A stretch of DNA of 64,000 nucleotides from Candidatus Latescibacterota bacterium (GCA_047619225.1 JBLHJX010000003.1:4294-68293), one strand, 5' to 3'; positions 31,958 to 41,657 are shown, counted from the first letter of the stretch. The notes: generated from the sequence alone by a model not told the origin. A program made the numbers and translations.

Positions 31958-34486
31958 TTAAGCGATATGCCAAGCTGTTTCGCTGTTTTCTTGTATGCAT
32001 CCTGGCATGATCACTGTGGTCGTTTTGTTTTTTGTGAGCGATAGGGTGATGATGGGGTTGGGGGACGTCGTGTCAAGTTCTGCATCGCGCAGTTGAGGCC
32101 GCCCTTGTATGACTTCGTAGACGACAATGAACCGGCTGTGTTTCTTGCGATTGCGCAGCACGAGCGTGTCGAGATACTTGTTTGGGTCTGCCGTGATTTC
32201 TTGCTGGGAGCGCCAACCAGGAGACCTATAAGTGATGAGTTCGGTGCAGGGGGTGAGGATGTGCGCTTTTACTTTTTCTGTGCCACGCCCCCAGGTGGCA
32301 GTCCATCCACCCTCTGTTTTGCCTGCCGTTTGGAAATCTTTGAGTGGGTAGAATGAATGGTCTTGGTAAAGTGTTTCTTTGCGCGGTTTAAGGTTGGGCG
32401 CGACTTGGAGCGATTTGGGTGGCGCAATGACGCGTGTATTGTAATCGTGAAAGGTGCCGCCTGCTACATCGAAGAGGTCAATGAGAATGGGCAAGCCGTC
32501 AGGTTTGCGAAGTAGGGTGATGGCACGGCGCAAAGATATGCCGTCTTGGTGTTGTAGGTGCATATCAACAAATCGGGCAGAACCTTTGTTTGCAAAACCG
32601 AGGAGAGAACTTGACGCGCCGGGGTAAAGATTGTGGCCATCGACGGTGACGGTTTGATGACTCGGTGTGGCTTTGACCCATTGATTGCCTGGGTGGTCGC
32701 AGATATAACCGAGGTCGGGAAATATTTCGCGACCGTCAGTAAAGAGTTGCAAGGTGAGCGGGCCAGCATGGCGATGCCCCCGGCGTCCATCTTCTCCGAG
32801 AAGATAGAGTTGGGTGCGTTTGGCGCCTGAGCCGAATCCGACACAAGCGAGGTGACGGCCTTCGTAATAGTGGTTGAAGGCTTTGCTCGATTTTGGTCTT
32901 TTGGGCCGTTTGGAGAGGTCGGTGTTGAGAATAGCGAAGTCAGATGGGGGGCCGCTTTCGCCTGGGATGAGAATGTTGCATCGCTTTGCGGCAATGTCAA
33001 AGGTTCGCGTGGGTGTGCCCGAATGAAGAAAACTGTCATCCAGTGGTGGGTGTTTGCCTGCTGGTGTGGCGATGTTGGCGAATGCTTGAAAGGCTTTGGG
33101 TAAGATGCCTTTTGCATAAAAGTCTTGGGTGCCGCGCATCATTTCAGGAACGCGCCATAAGTCTTCGCCAATGGGTTTGTGCCCGTAGATGGGCGATTCT
33201 TTCATGGAGCCGTCAGTGTGAAATTGTCCGTCAAGAATCTGGTGATAACCTTTGAGGCCTGCGCTTAGTTCTGTTTTGTTGTTGTAAACAAGACCAAAGG
33301 CCACACGCGATGCACGCACGGGACCGGCTTTGTTGGAAAGGGGTTCATAGGCTTTGACATCGAGGAAGAGTTCGAGTAAGAAGTCTTGTTCGATCTTTTG
33401 ACGGGATTTTACTGAGAAGTGCTTTTTGACAATGTCGTATGCTTGGAAGAGTTTGAGAAAAGATCCGCCTGTGGTGCTGAGTTCCGTAGCTATACGGGAG
33501 CATCCCCACAATCCTGTGGCGACACGTGTTGTGCGCGTGGTGGTTTTTTCGTGGTTGTATCCGTGTCGCCCATCATAAACGCTGATACTGGCATTGCGTT
33601 TGAATACCGTCGGCAGTTCATCGGCATGATCTGTGGCGTATCCGGGATCTGCATCGACCGTATCTTGGAAATAGCTGTGGAGCGGATAACCTGCATATAC
33701 ATTGGCAAAACGATGGAGGATTTTTTCGAGAGATTGGGTGTAGATTTTTTTGCCCGTAAATGCATATGCCAGCGACAGGTCTTCGCTTCGGTTGATGGCC
33801 CACTGAATTTTAAGTGCGCGAATGTTGCCTGTAAAAGAGACGTGAATAGGTTGATTGACAAATCGCCCAGCTTTGTCACCCAAATGCCAGTCCTCGGTTT
33901 CGAGTTCTTCTTTGAGGACGTGAAATGTGTACGTCTTTTTTAGGCGAGGCAGTTCAAGTGCGCCGTTTTCGGGGTATTTCGCATTTGGGTACGTGATGTT
34001 GCAATAGGGGCAGGTGAGGGTATCTGGGTTTTCCCAGTCCCATTGCCAGAAGTAGCTGTTTAGGCCTTCTGGGGATTTTTTGTGTACACAGTTGGGGCAA
34101 AAGTTACCACCGCGATTCCAAGGCCCCATATCTGGAATGAAGGTGTCGAAGAAGTTATTTGATTGGGCGATTACTTCGTTTGCACGTTTAAGGATATCAT
34201 CACGCCATTTTTTCGCTGCGGGATGTTTTTTTACGTTGGCCCGCATGTATCGAATCTGTTCTTCTCGAATGAGGAGGCTGGGTTCGCGTTTGCCTTTGCC
34301 CGAAAAACGTGCCTTCCACCGTTCCCGTTTGGCACGATGTTTCTTTTCTTCTGCTGTGGGGTAGGCGACCATGGTGCCACCTGAATCAAATCCCATCCAT
34401 TGGCGGAATATTTTCATTTCGCGTTTGTTGAGTTTGTGTACGGGTTTGTCGGGTAAGGGGATCTGTGTCTGAGCGACGGTTTCCAT
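31958..34486 (-). CDS. Large heparinase II/III-like protein with an embedded CxxC...CxxC zinc-ribbon-like insert, with no signal peptide
   Basis: The insert CPNCVHKK-x23-CPYCN is present. The later segment GHRHAGPLTLQLFTDGREIFPDLGY is heparinase II/III-like. Confidence 0.65.
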   Translation of the reverse strand: METVAQTQIPLPDKPVHKLNKREMKIFRQWMGFDSGGTMVAYPTAEEKKHRAKRERWKARFSGKGKREPSLLIREEQIRYMRANVKKHPAAKKWRDDILKRANEVIAQSNNFFDTFIPDMGPWNRGGNFCPNCVHKKSPEGLNSYFWQWDWENPDTLTCPYCNITYPNAKYPENGALELPRLKKTYTFHVLKEELETEDWHLGDKAGRFVNQPIHVSFTGNIRALKIQWAINRSEDLSLAYAFTGKKIYTQSLEKILHRFANVYAGYPLHSYFQDTVDADPGYATDHADELPTVFKRNASISVYDGRHGYNHEKTTTRTTRVATGLWGCSRIATELSTTGGSFLKLFQAYDIVKKHFSVKSRQKIEQDFLLELFLDVKAYEPLSNKAGPVRASRVAFGLVYNNKTELSAGLKGYHQILDGQFHTDGSMKESPIYGHKPIGEDLWRVPEMMRGTQDFYAKGILPKAFQAFANIATPAGKHPPLDDSFLHSGTPTRTFDIAAKRCNILIPGESGPPSDFAILNTDLSKRPKRPKSSKAFNHYYEGRHLACVGFGSGAKRTQLYLLGEDGRRGHRHAGPLTLQLFTDGREIFPDLGYICDHPGNQWVKATPSHQTVTVDGHNLYPGASSSLLGFANKGSARFVDMHLQHQDGISLRRAITLLRKPDGLPILIDLFDVAGGTFHDYNTRVIAPPKSLQVAPNLKPRKETLYQDHSFYPLKDFQTAGKTEGGWTATWGRGTEKVKAHILTPCTELITYRSPGWRSQQEITADPNKYLDTLVLRNRKKHSRFIVVYEVIQGRPQLRDAELDTTSPNPIITLSLTKNKTTTVIMPGCIQENSETAWHIA

Positions 34487-34500
34487 GGTATATGCCTTAT

Positions 34501-34541
34501 AAAAAAAATGCGAAGGTGCGTTTTAAGAGACCTGCACCTTC
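34501..34541 (-). terminator. Intrinsic terminator or attenuator inside the minus-strand gene array
   Basis: On the minus strand, the hairpin GAAGGTGC/GCACCTTC (14-nt loop) is followed by TTTTTTTT. It lies between the Gfo/Idh/MocA stop (34563) and the heparinase-like start (34486). Confidence 0.6.
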
Positions 34542-34562
34542 ACATTTTAAGAGATTTAGAAA

Positions 34563-35432
34563 TTAGCCGATTGCTGGTAATTTGGTTTTTTTGCCTGTTT
34601 TTACAGACTTTTCCAGCGCTTCTAACACCGCAATGGGATTCAACATCGTGACGTCGGTTTCACTGGTTTTACCTGTGCGGAACATGCTACAGAAATCTTT
34701 GATGCCAGAAAGATAAGGGTTTTCATCGCGTGTAATCACGCGGTCCAGTCGTCCCTTTTCGCCAATGATAGATATGTGGAAATCTGGGCGTCCATCGCTG
34801 ATTAGGTTCATGGTTGAGATGGCACCACTGGCCGAAAAGAGCGTGGCGGTGTGGTTGCCTTTGCCGCGGTTGATTTGGGCGTGTGTGACGTCTTGTCCGA
34901 GCAGGCGTACGACCATATCGACCTGGTGGATGCCGTAAAAGAAGACACCCCCATGTTTGGATTTGAGGTCGCAAGGCCCCGTGGAGATGACGGAGACGAT
35001 TTTGCCCAGATCGCGTGCGTCTTTTTTAAGTTGGACAAAGGAGGCTTGTTTGGGCAAGGTAGAGAAGGAGCACACGGGCACGCCAAGCTTTTTGGCGAGA
35101 TCGAGAAATTCACGGCCTTCTTTGACACGGTAACTGAAGGGTTTGTCTACGAACAGGGGGATTTTGGCTTCCAATAAGGGGCGTACGGCTGGCAAGTGGT
35201 ACATGGCATGTCGGTGGTCTACAAGAGCGGCATCGACTTTCCCGATGAGGTCTGCGGGGTTTTTAACAATGTTGGGAATTTGACCGCGTTCTTGTGCATC
35301 TTTGGCATCTTTGGCTGTTTCCCCCCAAACGTGGGTGACGCTAAATCCACGAACGAGTTTTTGAATGTTGATGGTTTTTGCAATGGCTACTGTGTGGCTG
35401 TTTTCTGCGCCAACAATACCGATGGTAGGCAT
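34563..35432 (-). CDS. Gfo/Idh/MocA-family oxidoreductase (short, 289 aa)
   Basis: It has an N-terminal Rossmann-like IGIVGAENSH and a DKPF segment. Confidence 0.65.
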   Translation of the reverse strand: MPTIGIVGAENSHTVAIAKTINIQKLVRGFSVTHVWGETAKDAKDAQERGQIPNIVKNPADLIGKVDAALVDHRHAMYHLPAVRPLLEAKIPLFVDKPFSYRVKEGREFLDLAKKLGVPVCSFSTLPKQASFVQLKKDARDLGKIVSVISTGPCDLKSKHGGVFFYGIHQVDMVVRLLGQDVTHAQINRGKGNHTATLFSASGAISTMNLISDGRPDFHISIIGEKGRLDRVITRDENPYLSGIKDFCSMFRTGKTSETDVTMLNPIAVLEALEKSVKTGKKTKLPAIG

Positions 35433-35466
35433 GGATAACTCCTTTAAATGAAATAAATAAACTTTT

Positions 35467-36708
35467 CTAACTCCAAAGCCGGTCGTTTACTCTGAGATTG
35501 TCCCATTGTTCAGTGGATTCAAAATAACCTGGACTGTCGGGATCGATGTGTTCTTTGATGGCATCCTCGTTGAGGTCAAGACCGAGACCTGGTGTTTCAG
35601 GCACGTCGATATAGCCATTTTGAATAATGGGATTGGGAAGACCTGTTACAAGATCATTCCAGGGTGCATAATCGACGGCGTGGTTTTCGAGGATAAGAAA
35701 GTTTTCGGTGGCGGCAGCACAATGAACACTGGCCATTTGAGCCACGGGGGTGGCGGCCATGTGCATGGCCATGGCAATGCCGTGTTCTTGTGCATAGTCG
35801 CCTATTTTTTTGGTTTCGAGAATGCCGCCTGAGGTTGCCAAGTCGGGGTGAATGATGGATACGGCCTTGTTGTCGATGAGGGGTTTGAAGTTTTCGAGTA
35901 AGTAAATATCCTCCCCAGTACAGACCGGTGCAGATGTTGCATTTTTTAGGCGCACCCATTGGTCTACAAACTGCCAAGGGATCATGTCTTCGAGCCAAGC
36001 TAAGCTGAAAGGTTCGAGTGCACGCGCCAAGCGAATGCATGATTCCACATTGACATGACCAAAGTGATCGGCCGCCAATGGGATTTCATATCCTACAATG
36101 TCGCGGACTGTGCTGACATAATCGACCAACGCATCAATGCCTTTGGTGGTGAATTGGATGCCCGTGAAGGGGTGCATCACGCGATTGGTTTCAAGCATGC
36201 CTTGTGGGTAAGAGAGGGCACCCGGAATGTGTTGAATTAGGCGCACACCGATGTCCATTTTCAGAAAAGTGAAACCGGCATCCATGCGACCTTTGAGGCG
36301 TTTGCCCATTTCTTCGGCGTCGGGAGAAGAGTCTGTGTCGCTGTAGCAGCGAATTTTATCGCGAAACTTTCCTCCTGCCAGTTGATATGCAGGCACGCCA
36401 TAGGCTTTGCCTGCCAAATCCATGAGGGCCATTTCAATGGCACATACACCGCCGGCTTGACGGGCGTGGCCGCCGAACTGTTTGATCATGCGAAAGATTT
36501 TGTCCACATTGCACGGGTTTTCACCCAGAATGATGCGTTTGAGCATGAGGGCATAATAAAAGCTTGCACCATCGCGCACCTCACCAAGACCGTAGATGCC
36601 TTGGTTGGTGTCGAGGCGGATGAGTGTAGACCGCATGGGCGCACCTTTAAGGTTGACGATGCGCATGTCGGTTATTTTTAGTTGGGATGGCGATGAGTTG
36701 GTGTTCAT
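35467..36708 (-). CDS. Enolase-superfamily enzyme (mandelate racemase/muconate lactonizing family; acid-sugar dehydratase-like)
   Basis: The N-terminal capping domain (IRLDTNQGIYGLGEV) is followed by AIEMALMDLAGKAYGVPAYQLAGG and barrel acid residues (DxD..., LEDMIP). Confidence 0.8.
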   Translation of the reverse strand: MNTNSSPSQLKITDMRIVNLKGAPMRSTLIRLDTNQGIYGLGEVRDGASFYYALMLKRIILGENPCNVDKIFRMIKQFGGHARQAGGVCAIEMALMDLAGKAYGVPAYQLAGGKFRDKIRCYSDTDSSPDAEEMGKRLKGRMDAGFTFLKMDIGVRLIQHIPGALSYPQGMLETNRVMHPFTGIQFTTKGIDALVDYVSTVRDIVGYEIPLAADHFGHVNVESCIRLARALEPFSLAWLEDMIPWQFVDQWVRLKNATSAPVCTGEDIYLLENFKPLIDNKAVSIIHPDLATSGGILETKKIGDYAQEHGIAMAMHMAATPVAQMASVHCAAATENFLILENHAVDYAPWNDLVTGLPNPIIQNGYIDVPETPGLGLDLNEDAIKEHIDPDSPGYFESTEQWDNLRVNDRLWS

Positions 36709-36730
36709 TGTGTTCTCCTAAAGGTGAGCT

Positions 36731-37567
36731 TTACGACAAACCTTCTGTTTTTAGGTTGTGCGTTTTGGACCATTCGTCGAAATCTTTATCCATTTCTTCT
36801 GACCATTTACGATCCACTTCACCGGGGGTGTAGATGCCTTCGCGGATGCGCATTTGACCAAAATAGTCGCGCAAGCGCACTGATTCTGATCGTTCGACAA
36901 CTTGCTGGGCTAAGTGGGGCGGAATGAAAGTGACGCCTGTGGGTGTGCCCAAGACAATATCACCAGGCAAACACGTGGCGTCACCAATGCGAATGGGGGC
37001 ATTGATTTCCATTAAGGTGACATCGCGAATGGGAGTGGGGTCGAGGCCTTTGAGGAAGCCGTTAAAATTTTCCAATTCAATGACACGTTGATAATCGCGC
37101 ATGCCCCCATCAACGACCATACCACCGTTTTGGGTGCTGGTTTGAATGGCGGTGGCGAGGTTGTCACCGGCAAATGTGCCCCAAATAATTTTGCCAAAGA
37201 GTTCAACGACAATGACGTCACCCGGCACAAGGGTATCGATGGCCCAAGAGTTTTGACCCCCTACGCGGCCTTCATTTTTACCGATTTCTTGAACGACATC
37301 GTTCAAGTCGGGTCGGGAGGGCACATAGCGACATGTTACGGCACGACCTGTGAGAATGCGATCTGGATGCAGGTTGTGCCAGTTGCCTTCAAATTGGAGT
37401 GTGTAACCATTGCTGTTAAGTACGCCCCAAGCTTCTTCCGATGTGACTTTGCTCATGCGTTCAACAATGTCGTCGGGCACATTTGGACGGCCATCTTCAA
37501 ACCGGCCAAATGGGTTTAGGGGGGTTATGGCTTCGATTTTTTCTTTGTCGTTCCAGATGTATGCCAA
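36731..37567 (-). CDS. RraA-family protein (HMG/CHA-aldolase / oxaloacetate-decarboxylase-like)
   Basis: GDNLATAIQTSTQNGGMVVDGGMRDY is an RraA-family signature. I moved the start to TTG 37567, which lies 7 nt after a perfect AAGGAG. The track's ATG 37630 would overlap the upstream gene by 46 nt. Confidence 0.7.
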   Translation of the reverse strand: MAYIWNDKEKIEAITPLNPFGRFEDGRPNVPDDIVERMSKVTSEEAWGVLNSNGYTLQFEGNWHNLHPDRILTGRAVTCRYVPSRPDLNDVVQEIGKNEGRVGGQNSWAIDTLVPGDVIVVELFGKIIWGTFAGDNLATAIQTSTQNGGMVVDGGMRDYQRVIELENFNGFLKGLDPTPIRDVTLMEINAPIRIGDATCLPGDIVLGTPTGVTFIPPHLAQQVVERSESVRLRDYFGQMRIREGIYTPGEVDRKWSEEMDKDFDEWSKTHNLKTEGLS

Positions 37568-37584
37568 GATGTAGCTCCTTAAGT

Positions 37585-38790
37585 TTAGGGACGCATCGGC
37601 GAGCCGTCGGGGCTTCGGGTTTGTGTCCATTGAATGATTTCGTCTTTGGGTGGATATTTGGCCGCAAGTTCTTCATTGATGTCAATACCCAGGCCGGGGT
37701 TGTCGTTGGGGTAGAGGTAGCCGTTGCGCACTTCGGGCAGGCCAGGGAACATGTCGTAACAGAGTTCATTGAAGCGACACCATTCTTGGATGCCGAAATT
37801 GGGTGCCCAAAGATCGAGATGCAGGTTGGCTGCATGTCCGACAGGGGATGTGTCGCCGGGACCATGCCAAGCGGTGCGCACGTTAAACATATTGGCAAAG
37901 GCGGCCACATTGCGCGCTGGGGTAATGCCGCCCATTTGACTGACGTGCATGCGAATAAAGTCGATGAGGCGGTTCTGTATGAGCGGTGTCCATTCGTGTG
38001 GGTGATTGAAGAGTTCGCCCATGGCTATAGGGGTGGCACATTGTGTGCGCATGTGATGGAACCATTCGTTGTCCTCTGGAGCAAGGGCATCTTCGAGAAA
38101 GAAGAGCTTAAAGGGTTCGACATCTTTGGCAAATTGGATGGCATCGCTGGGGCGTAGACGTTCGTGGATGTCATGGAGGAGTTCAATCTCGGGACCGACT
38201 TCTGCTCGCACGTGCTCAATCATGTCGAGCATGCTTCGGCAATATTCGCGGGGGTTATAGTAGGCTCCGGCGGGGGCGCCTTCAGGTTTTTGTAGGGCGT
38301 CGGCTTGGCCGCCATACCCGCCCATTTGGATGCGAATGTGGCGGTAGCCTTGTTCCATGAAACTGCGCACGCTGTCCACGACTTCGTGTTTGTCTTTGCC
38401 ACCTGCATGGGCATAGGTATCGGCAGCTTCACGACACTTGCCACCTAAGAGTTGATACACCGGCATACCTGCGCGTTTGCCCTTGATGTCCCAAAGGGCT
38501 TGATCGACACCGGAGATGGCATTGTTGAGCACGGGACCATTGCGCCAATAGGAATTGACCATGCTCATTTGCCAAATCTCTTCAATGCGGTCCACATCGC
38601 GCCCAATAAGAAAGGGTTTGAGATGTTTGTCAATGGCGGCGTGAACTGCGTGGAAGCGTTGGGTGAATGTGGCGCAACCAAGACCGTAAAGACCGGGTTC
38701 TGAGGTGATGAGCTTGACGATGACGAGCCGTGATCCGGCAGGTTGTGTGATGATGGTTTTTACATCTTGAATGGTAACTGTTTCAGCCAT
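37585..38790 (-). CDS. Enolase-superfamily D-mannonate dehydratase (ManD/RspA) subgroup-like protein
   Basis: The N-terminus IQDVKTIITQPAGSRLVIVKLITSEPGLYGLGCATFTQR and the ~400-aa length are typical of the ManD subgroup. Confidence 0.8.
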   Translation of the reverse strand: MAETVTIQDVKTIITQPAGSRLVIVKLITSEPGLYGLGCATFTQRFHAVHAAIDKHLKPFLIGRDVDRIEEIWQMSMVNSYWRNGPVLNNAISGVDQALWDIKGKRAGMPVYQLLGGKCREAADTYAHAGGKDKHEVVDSVRSFMEQGYRHIRIQMGGYGGQADALQKPEGAPAGAYYNPREYCRSMLDMIEHVRAEVGPEIELLHDIHERLRPSDAIQFAKDVEPFKLFFLEDALAPEDNEWFHHMRTQCATPIAMGELFNHPHEWTPLIQNRLIDFIRMHVSQMGGITPARNVAAFANMFNVRTAWHGPGDTSPVGHAANLHLDLWAPNFGIQEWCRFNELCYDMFPGLPEVRNGYLYPNDNPGLGIDINEELAAKYPPKDEIIQWTQTRSPDGSPMRP

Positions 38791-38806
38791 GGTAACTCCT
38801 TAAACG

Positions 38807-40102
38807 TTATTGTAAATTTTCTTTTTGCATGATATCGGCGGCAATGGCATAGGTGGTGCCGTGCATGGCAAAGACCACGAGGCCGATGCCTTGAGCGAGA
38901 TAACCGCCAGGGTAGAAATTGGGGATGTTGATGGATTCGTGGCTGTGTGAGTGGGTGGCCACTTGATGTACTTGGAAGCGATAGGCATCGTGTTTTTCTA
39001 CAAAGGTGAGATCTTGTTTGAAGCCTTGGATAAGGGAGTAGTCTGCTCGCCCACCGATTTCGGTAATGATGTGATCTACTTTCAGGCTGTGTTCTTTGTT
39101 TTGTGTATCGAGTGTAACACGTCCATTTTCTTCAATTTTCTTAATTTGGGTGTTATACAGTGTGTTGAAGCGGGGTGACTTGGTTTCGATGAGTTCTGCT
39201 ATACGCGCATAATAGGGGAGGCCATAACGGCTGTCTGTAATGAGTCGCCAGTGAACGTCGAAGGGTTGACGCATCACATAATGGACATGGCGACCTGCAT
39301 CATGGAGTTCTGTTGCGGCCCAGTCTGCCGAACGTCCGCCACCCACGACGATGACGTGTTGGCCAGGGTAATCGGTGACGTGTTCGTAGTGGTTAGACAC
39401 GATGGGCAGGTCGTCGCCGGGAACTTCGAGACGGCGCAATTGGCAGCGTTGTCCCACGGCGTAAATGAGGTGTTTACAGGTGTATTGGTGGGTGGTTTCA
39501 CCGCTGACATCTTGTGAGGTGACTAAGAATCCTTTTTCGTGCGGTTCTATACGCGTGACACGTTCTTCGGTGTGGATGTGGTTGGTTTGTTCGAAGCGTT
39601 TGGGAATGGTGTGGTAATAGGTGATGAGATCGCGTTTGATAATGAGGTCATTGACGTCGATGTCGAGATTCTGTTCTTGGGCATGCTGTGCCAGTGGATA
39701 ATAACCAAATTCCATCCATTGACCGGGGGAAAGGGTGAGCAAATTGCGCGGTACCGTGTTCCAGAGACCCCCTACATTTTCCTGTGTGATGAGCAAGTAG
39801 TCAATGGCTTGTTTTTTGCGAAAGGTATACGCTATTTCATTGATGTCGCGATATTTTTTGCCAGGGTGGTGGAGGAGACGAAATAGGTCGGCGGGTTGGA
39901 TACCTGTTTTTGCCACGTCTTTCATGTTCATTTGAAGCAGTGACCGGTCATCGTTCTTAAGATAGTCATCAAGTTGGGGATATCGTGACCGAAATAAGTC
40001 GCCGCCGCTGTAGTAGGGATGCCATCCACCAAAGACAGCAGTGAAAGCGAGACCGGCAGGGCCGCCGCCAACAATGATTACGGTGCGGTGCTCAATGGGC
40101 AT
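38807..40102 (-). CDS. FAD/NAD(P)-binding oxidoreductase with two dinucleotide motifs (class-B flavoprotein-monooxygenase-like)
   Basis: It has IIVGGGPAGLAF at the N-terminus and a second VVGGGRSADWA motif mid-protein. Confidence 0.65.
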   Translation of the reverse strand: MPIEHRTVIIVGGGPAGLAFTAVFGGWHPYYSGGDLFRSRYPQLDDYLKNDDRSLLQMNMKDVAKTGIQPADLFRLLHHPGKKYRDINEIAYTFRKKQAIDYLLITQENVGGLWNTVPRNLLTLSPGQWMEFGYYPLAQHAQEQNLDIDVNDLIIKRDLITYYHTIPKRFEQTNHIHTEERVTRIEPHEKGFLVTSQDVSGETTHQYTCKHLIYAVGQRCQLRRLEVPGDDLPIVSNHYEHVTDYPGQHVIVVGGGRSADWAATELHDAGRHVHYVMRQPFDVHWRLITDSRYGLPYYARIAELIETKSPRFNTLYNTQIKKIEENGRVTLDTQNKEHSLKVDHIITEIGGRADYSLIQGFKQDLTFVEKHDAYRFQVHQVATHSHSHESINIPNFYPGGYLAQGIGLVVFAMHGTTYAIAADIMQKENLQ

Positions 40103-40116
40103 GGGATGTCTTTCGT

Positions 40117-40503
40117 TTATCTTCTGTATACAGAGACGTTGCCTAAGCCATCTTCAAATATCATTCTGTCTCCATCAAACTTTACGGAGACACTGTCACT
40201 GGTGCCATCGGAGAATACGGTGGTCAATTGAGATCCAGAGACGAAGTATGTACCTTGAAGGGTGTCTGTAATAGGGTTGCCAGATAGGCGACCGGTTACA
40301 ATGACGATTTCAAAGGTGGCATCTGCTCGGAATGTAAGGGTTAGGAAACGGTTGTTGGTATTTAAAGTAAATTCATTGGCGCTCTCTTGTATCCACGCAC
40401 CTAAAAGTTGATCTTGGCTCGCTAGGGGATTGCCCGTGTTGTTGCTGCTACAAGAGACGGTCAGTGAGAGACTGAAGAGACAAAAAAGCAGGTATTTTTT
40501 CAT
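40117..40503 (-). CDS. Lipocalin-like lipoprotein
   Basis: The signal peptide carries a lipobox (LSLTVS-C) and is followed by a small beta-rich domain. By eye the AT content is visibly higher than in the flanking genes. Confidence 0.65.
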   Translation of the reverse strand: MKKYLLFCLFSLSLTVSCSSNNTGNPLASQDQLLGAWIQESANEFTLNTNNRFLTLTFRADATFEIVIVTGRLSGNPITDTLQGTYFVSGSQLTTVFSDGTSDSVSVKFDGDRMIFEDGLGNVSVYRR

Positions 40504-40535
40504 GGAAATTCCTTATTCTGTTCAGATGGATGTTT

Positions 40536-41576
40536 TTATAATCCTTTGGGAATGGCCAAGCTGAGTCGTTTGGCGGCTTCTCGAAGTTTGTCTGCCGTGC
40601 CAGGGGGGATGGGTATGCCGTTGTTTGAACGTTCAATAAGGGTTCTGTTTTCGGGTTCGCCTGGCATGAGAATTTCGTCAAATCCATCGGCTTTAGGTAG
40701 TTTCTTGAGTTCGTCAATGAGGTTGTCTGTGTGATCTTTGTAGTCGTCAACATCGATGAAGAAAGAGATATCAATGGCTGCAACAATGCTGTTTTGTTTG
40801 CCAGAGTTTTCGGCCCCCTGTAAAACGGGGACGATGAGTGGGTTGTTGGCCATGAGGCTTGTGAGACATTGGAAGATGAGTGCCAGTCCCGATCCTTTGG
40901 GTCCTCCTGCTGGGCGTAGTATTTTGCCTGCATGGGCATCGGTGGTTGGGTTGCCATCGGCATCGAGTGCCCAGTCGTCACCCAGGGGAACACCTTTGTC
41001 CTGGGCCAACATGAGTTTGCCACCTGCTGCAACACTGGTGGCCATATCGAGGCTGATGGGCTCGTGTTTGCCTGCGGGAATGGCAAACGCAATGGGGCTG
41101 TTGTGCAAACCCGATGCTTTGGCACCAAAGGGTGCCATGTTGGGGGGGCTGCACACAATGGACATACCCACCAAGTTTTCTTTTGCTGCCATAAGCGAAT
41201 AATAGGCCATCGCACCTTGGTGGGTGACGTTGCGAATGAGCGTCCAACCAATGCCCACATTTTTGGCTTTTTCAATGGCCATATTCATGGCTTTAACCGT
41301 GACGGGTGGACCGAGGGATCGATCTGCGTCCATGTAAACAATGGCGGGTGATTCTTTGATGATTGTGACATTGGGGCGGGCGTTCATTTTTCCCGATTTG
41401 ATGTTGTCGAGATAGTCAATGACACGCAATACACCATGTGAGTCAACGCCCCGCAAATTGGCCCATACGAGTACTTCGGCTTCAACTGCGGCATCTTCAG
41501 GCGACATGCCTGCTTGTTCAAAAACAGCGTGGATAAATGTTTGGAGTGTTTGCGGGTCCATACGAATTTCTGACAT
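40536..41576 (-). CDS. Ldh2-family (malate/L-lactate/sulfolactate dehydrogenase type 2) oxidoreductase
   Basis: ANLRGVDSHGV is the family hallmark. The start was moved to ATG 41576 (GAAAGGA 7 nt upstream), giving 346 aa. Confidence 0.8.
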   Translation of the reverse strand: MSEIRMDPQTLQTFIHAVFEQAGMSPEDAAVEAEVLVWANLRGVDSHGVLRVIDYLDNIKSGKMNARPNVTIIKESPAIVYMDADRSLGPPVTVKAMNMAIEKAKNVGIGWTLIRNVTHQGAMAYYSLMAAKENLVGMSIVCSPPNMAPFGAKASGLHNSPIAFAIPAGKHEPISLDMATSVAAGGKLMLAQDKGVPLGDDWALDADGNPTTDAHAGKILRPAGGPKGSGLALIFQCLTSLMANNPLIVPVLQGAENSGKQNSIVAAIDISFFIDVDDYKDHTDNLIDELKKLPKADGFDEILMPGEPENRTLIERSNNGIPIPPGTADKLREAAKRLSLAIPKGL

Positions 41577-41610
41577 AACCAAATCCTTTCGGTCGGTCTT
41601 TTTGGAGATC

Positions 41611-41639
41611 TTGACTTTGCCTTGTTTGTTCGCTATGAT
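41611..41639 (+). promoter_or_regulatory. Sigma-70-type promoter for the plus-strand operon
   Basis: TTGACT-17 nt-TATGAT. Confidence 0.55.
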
Positions 41640-41657
41640 GTGCGGTGAATCGTGTTT

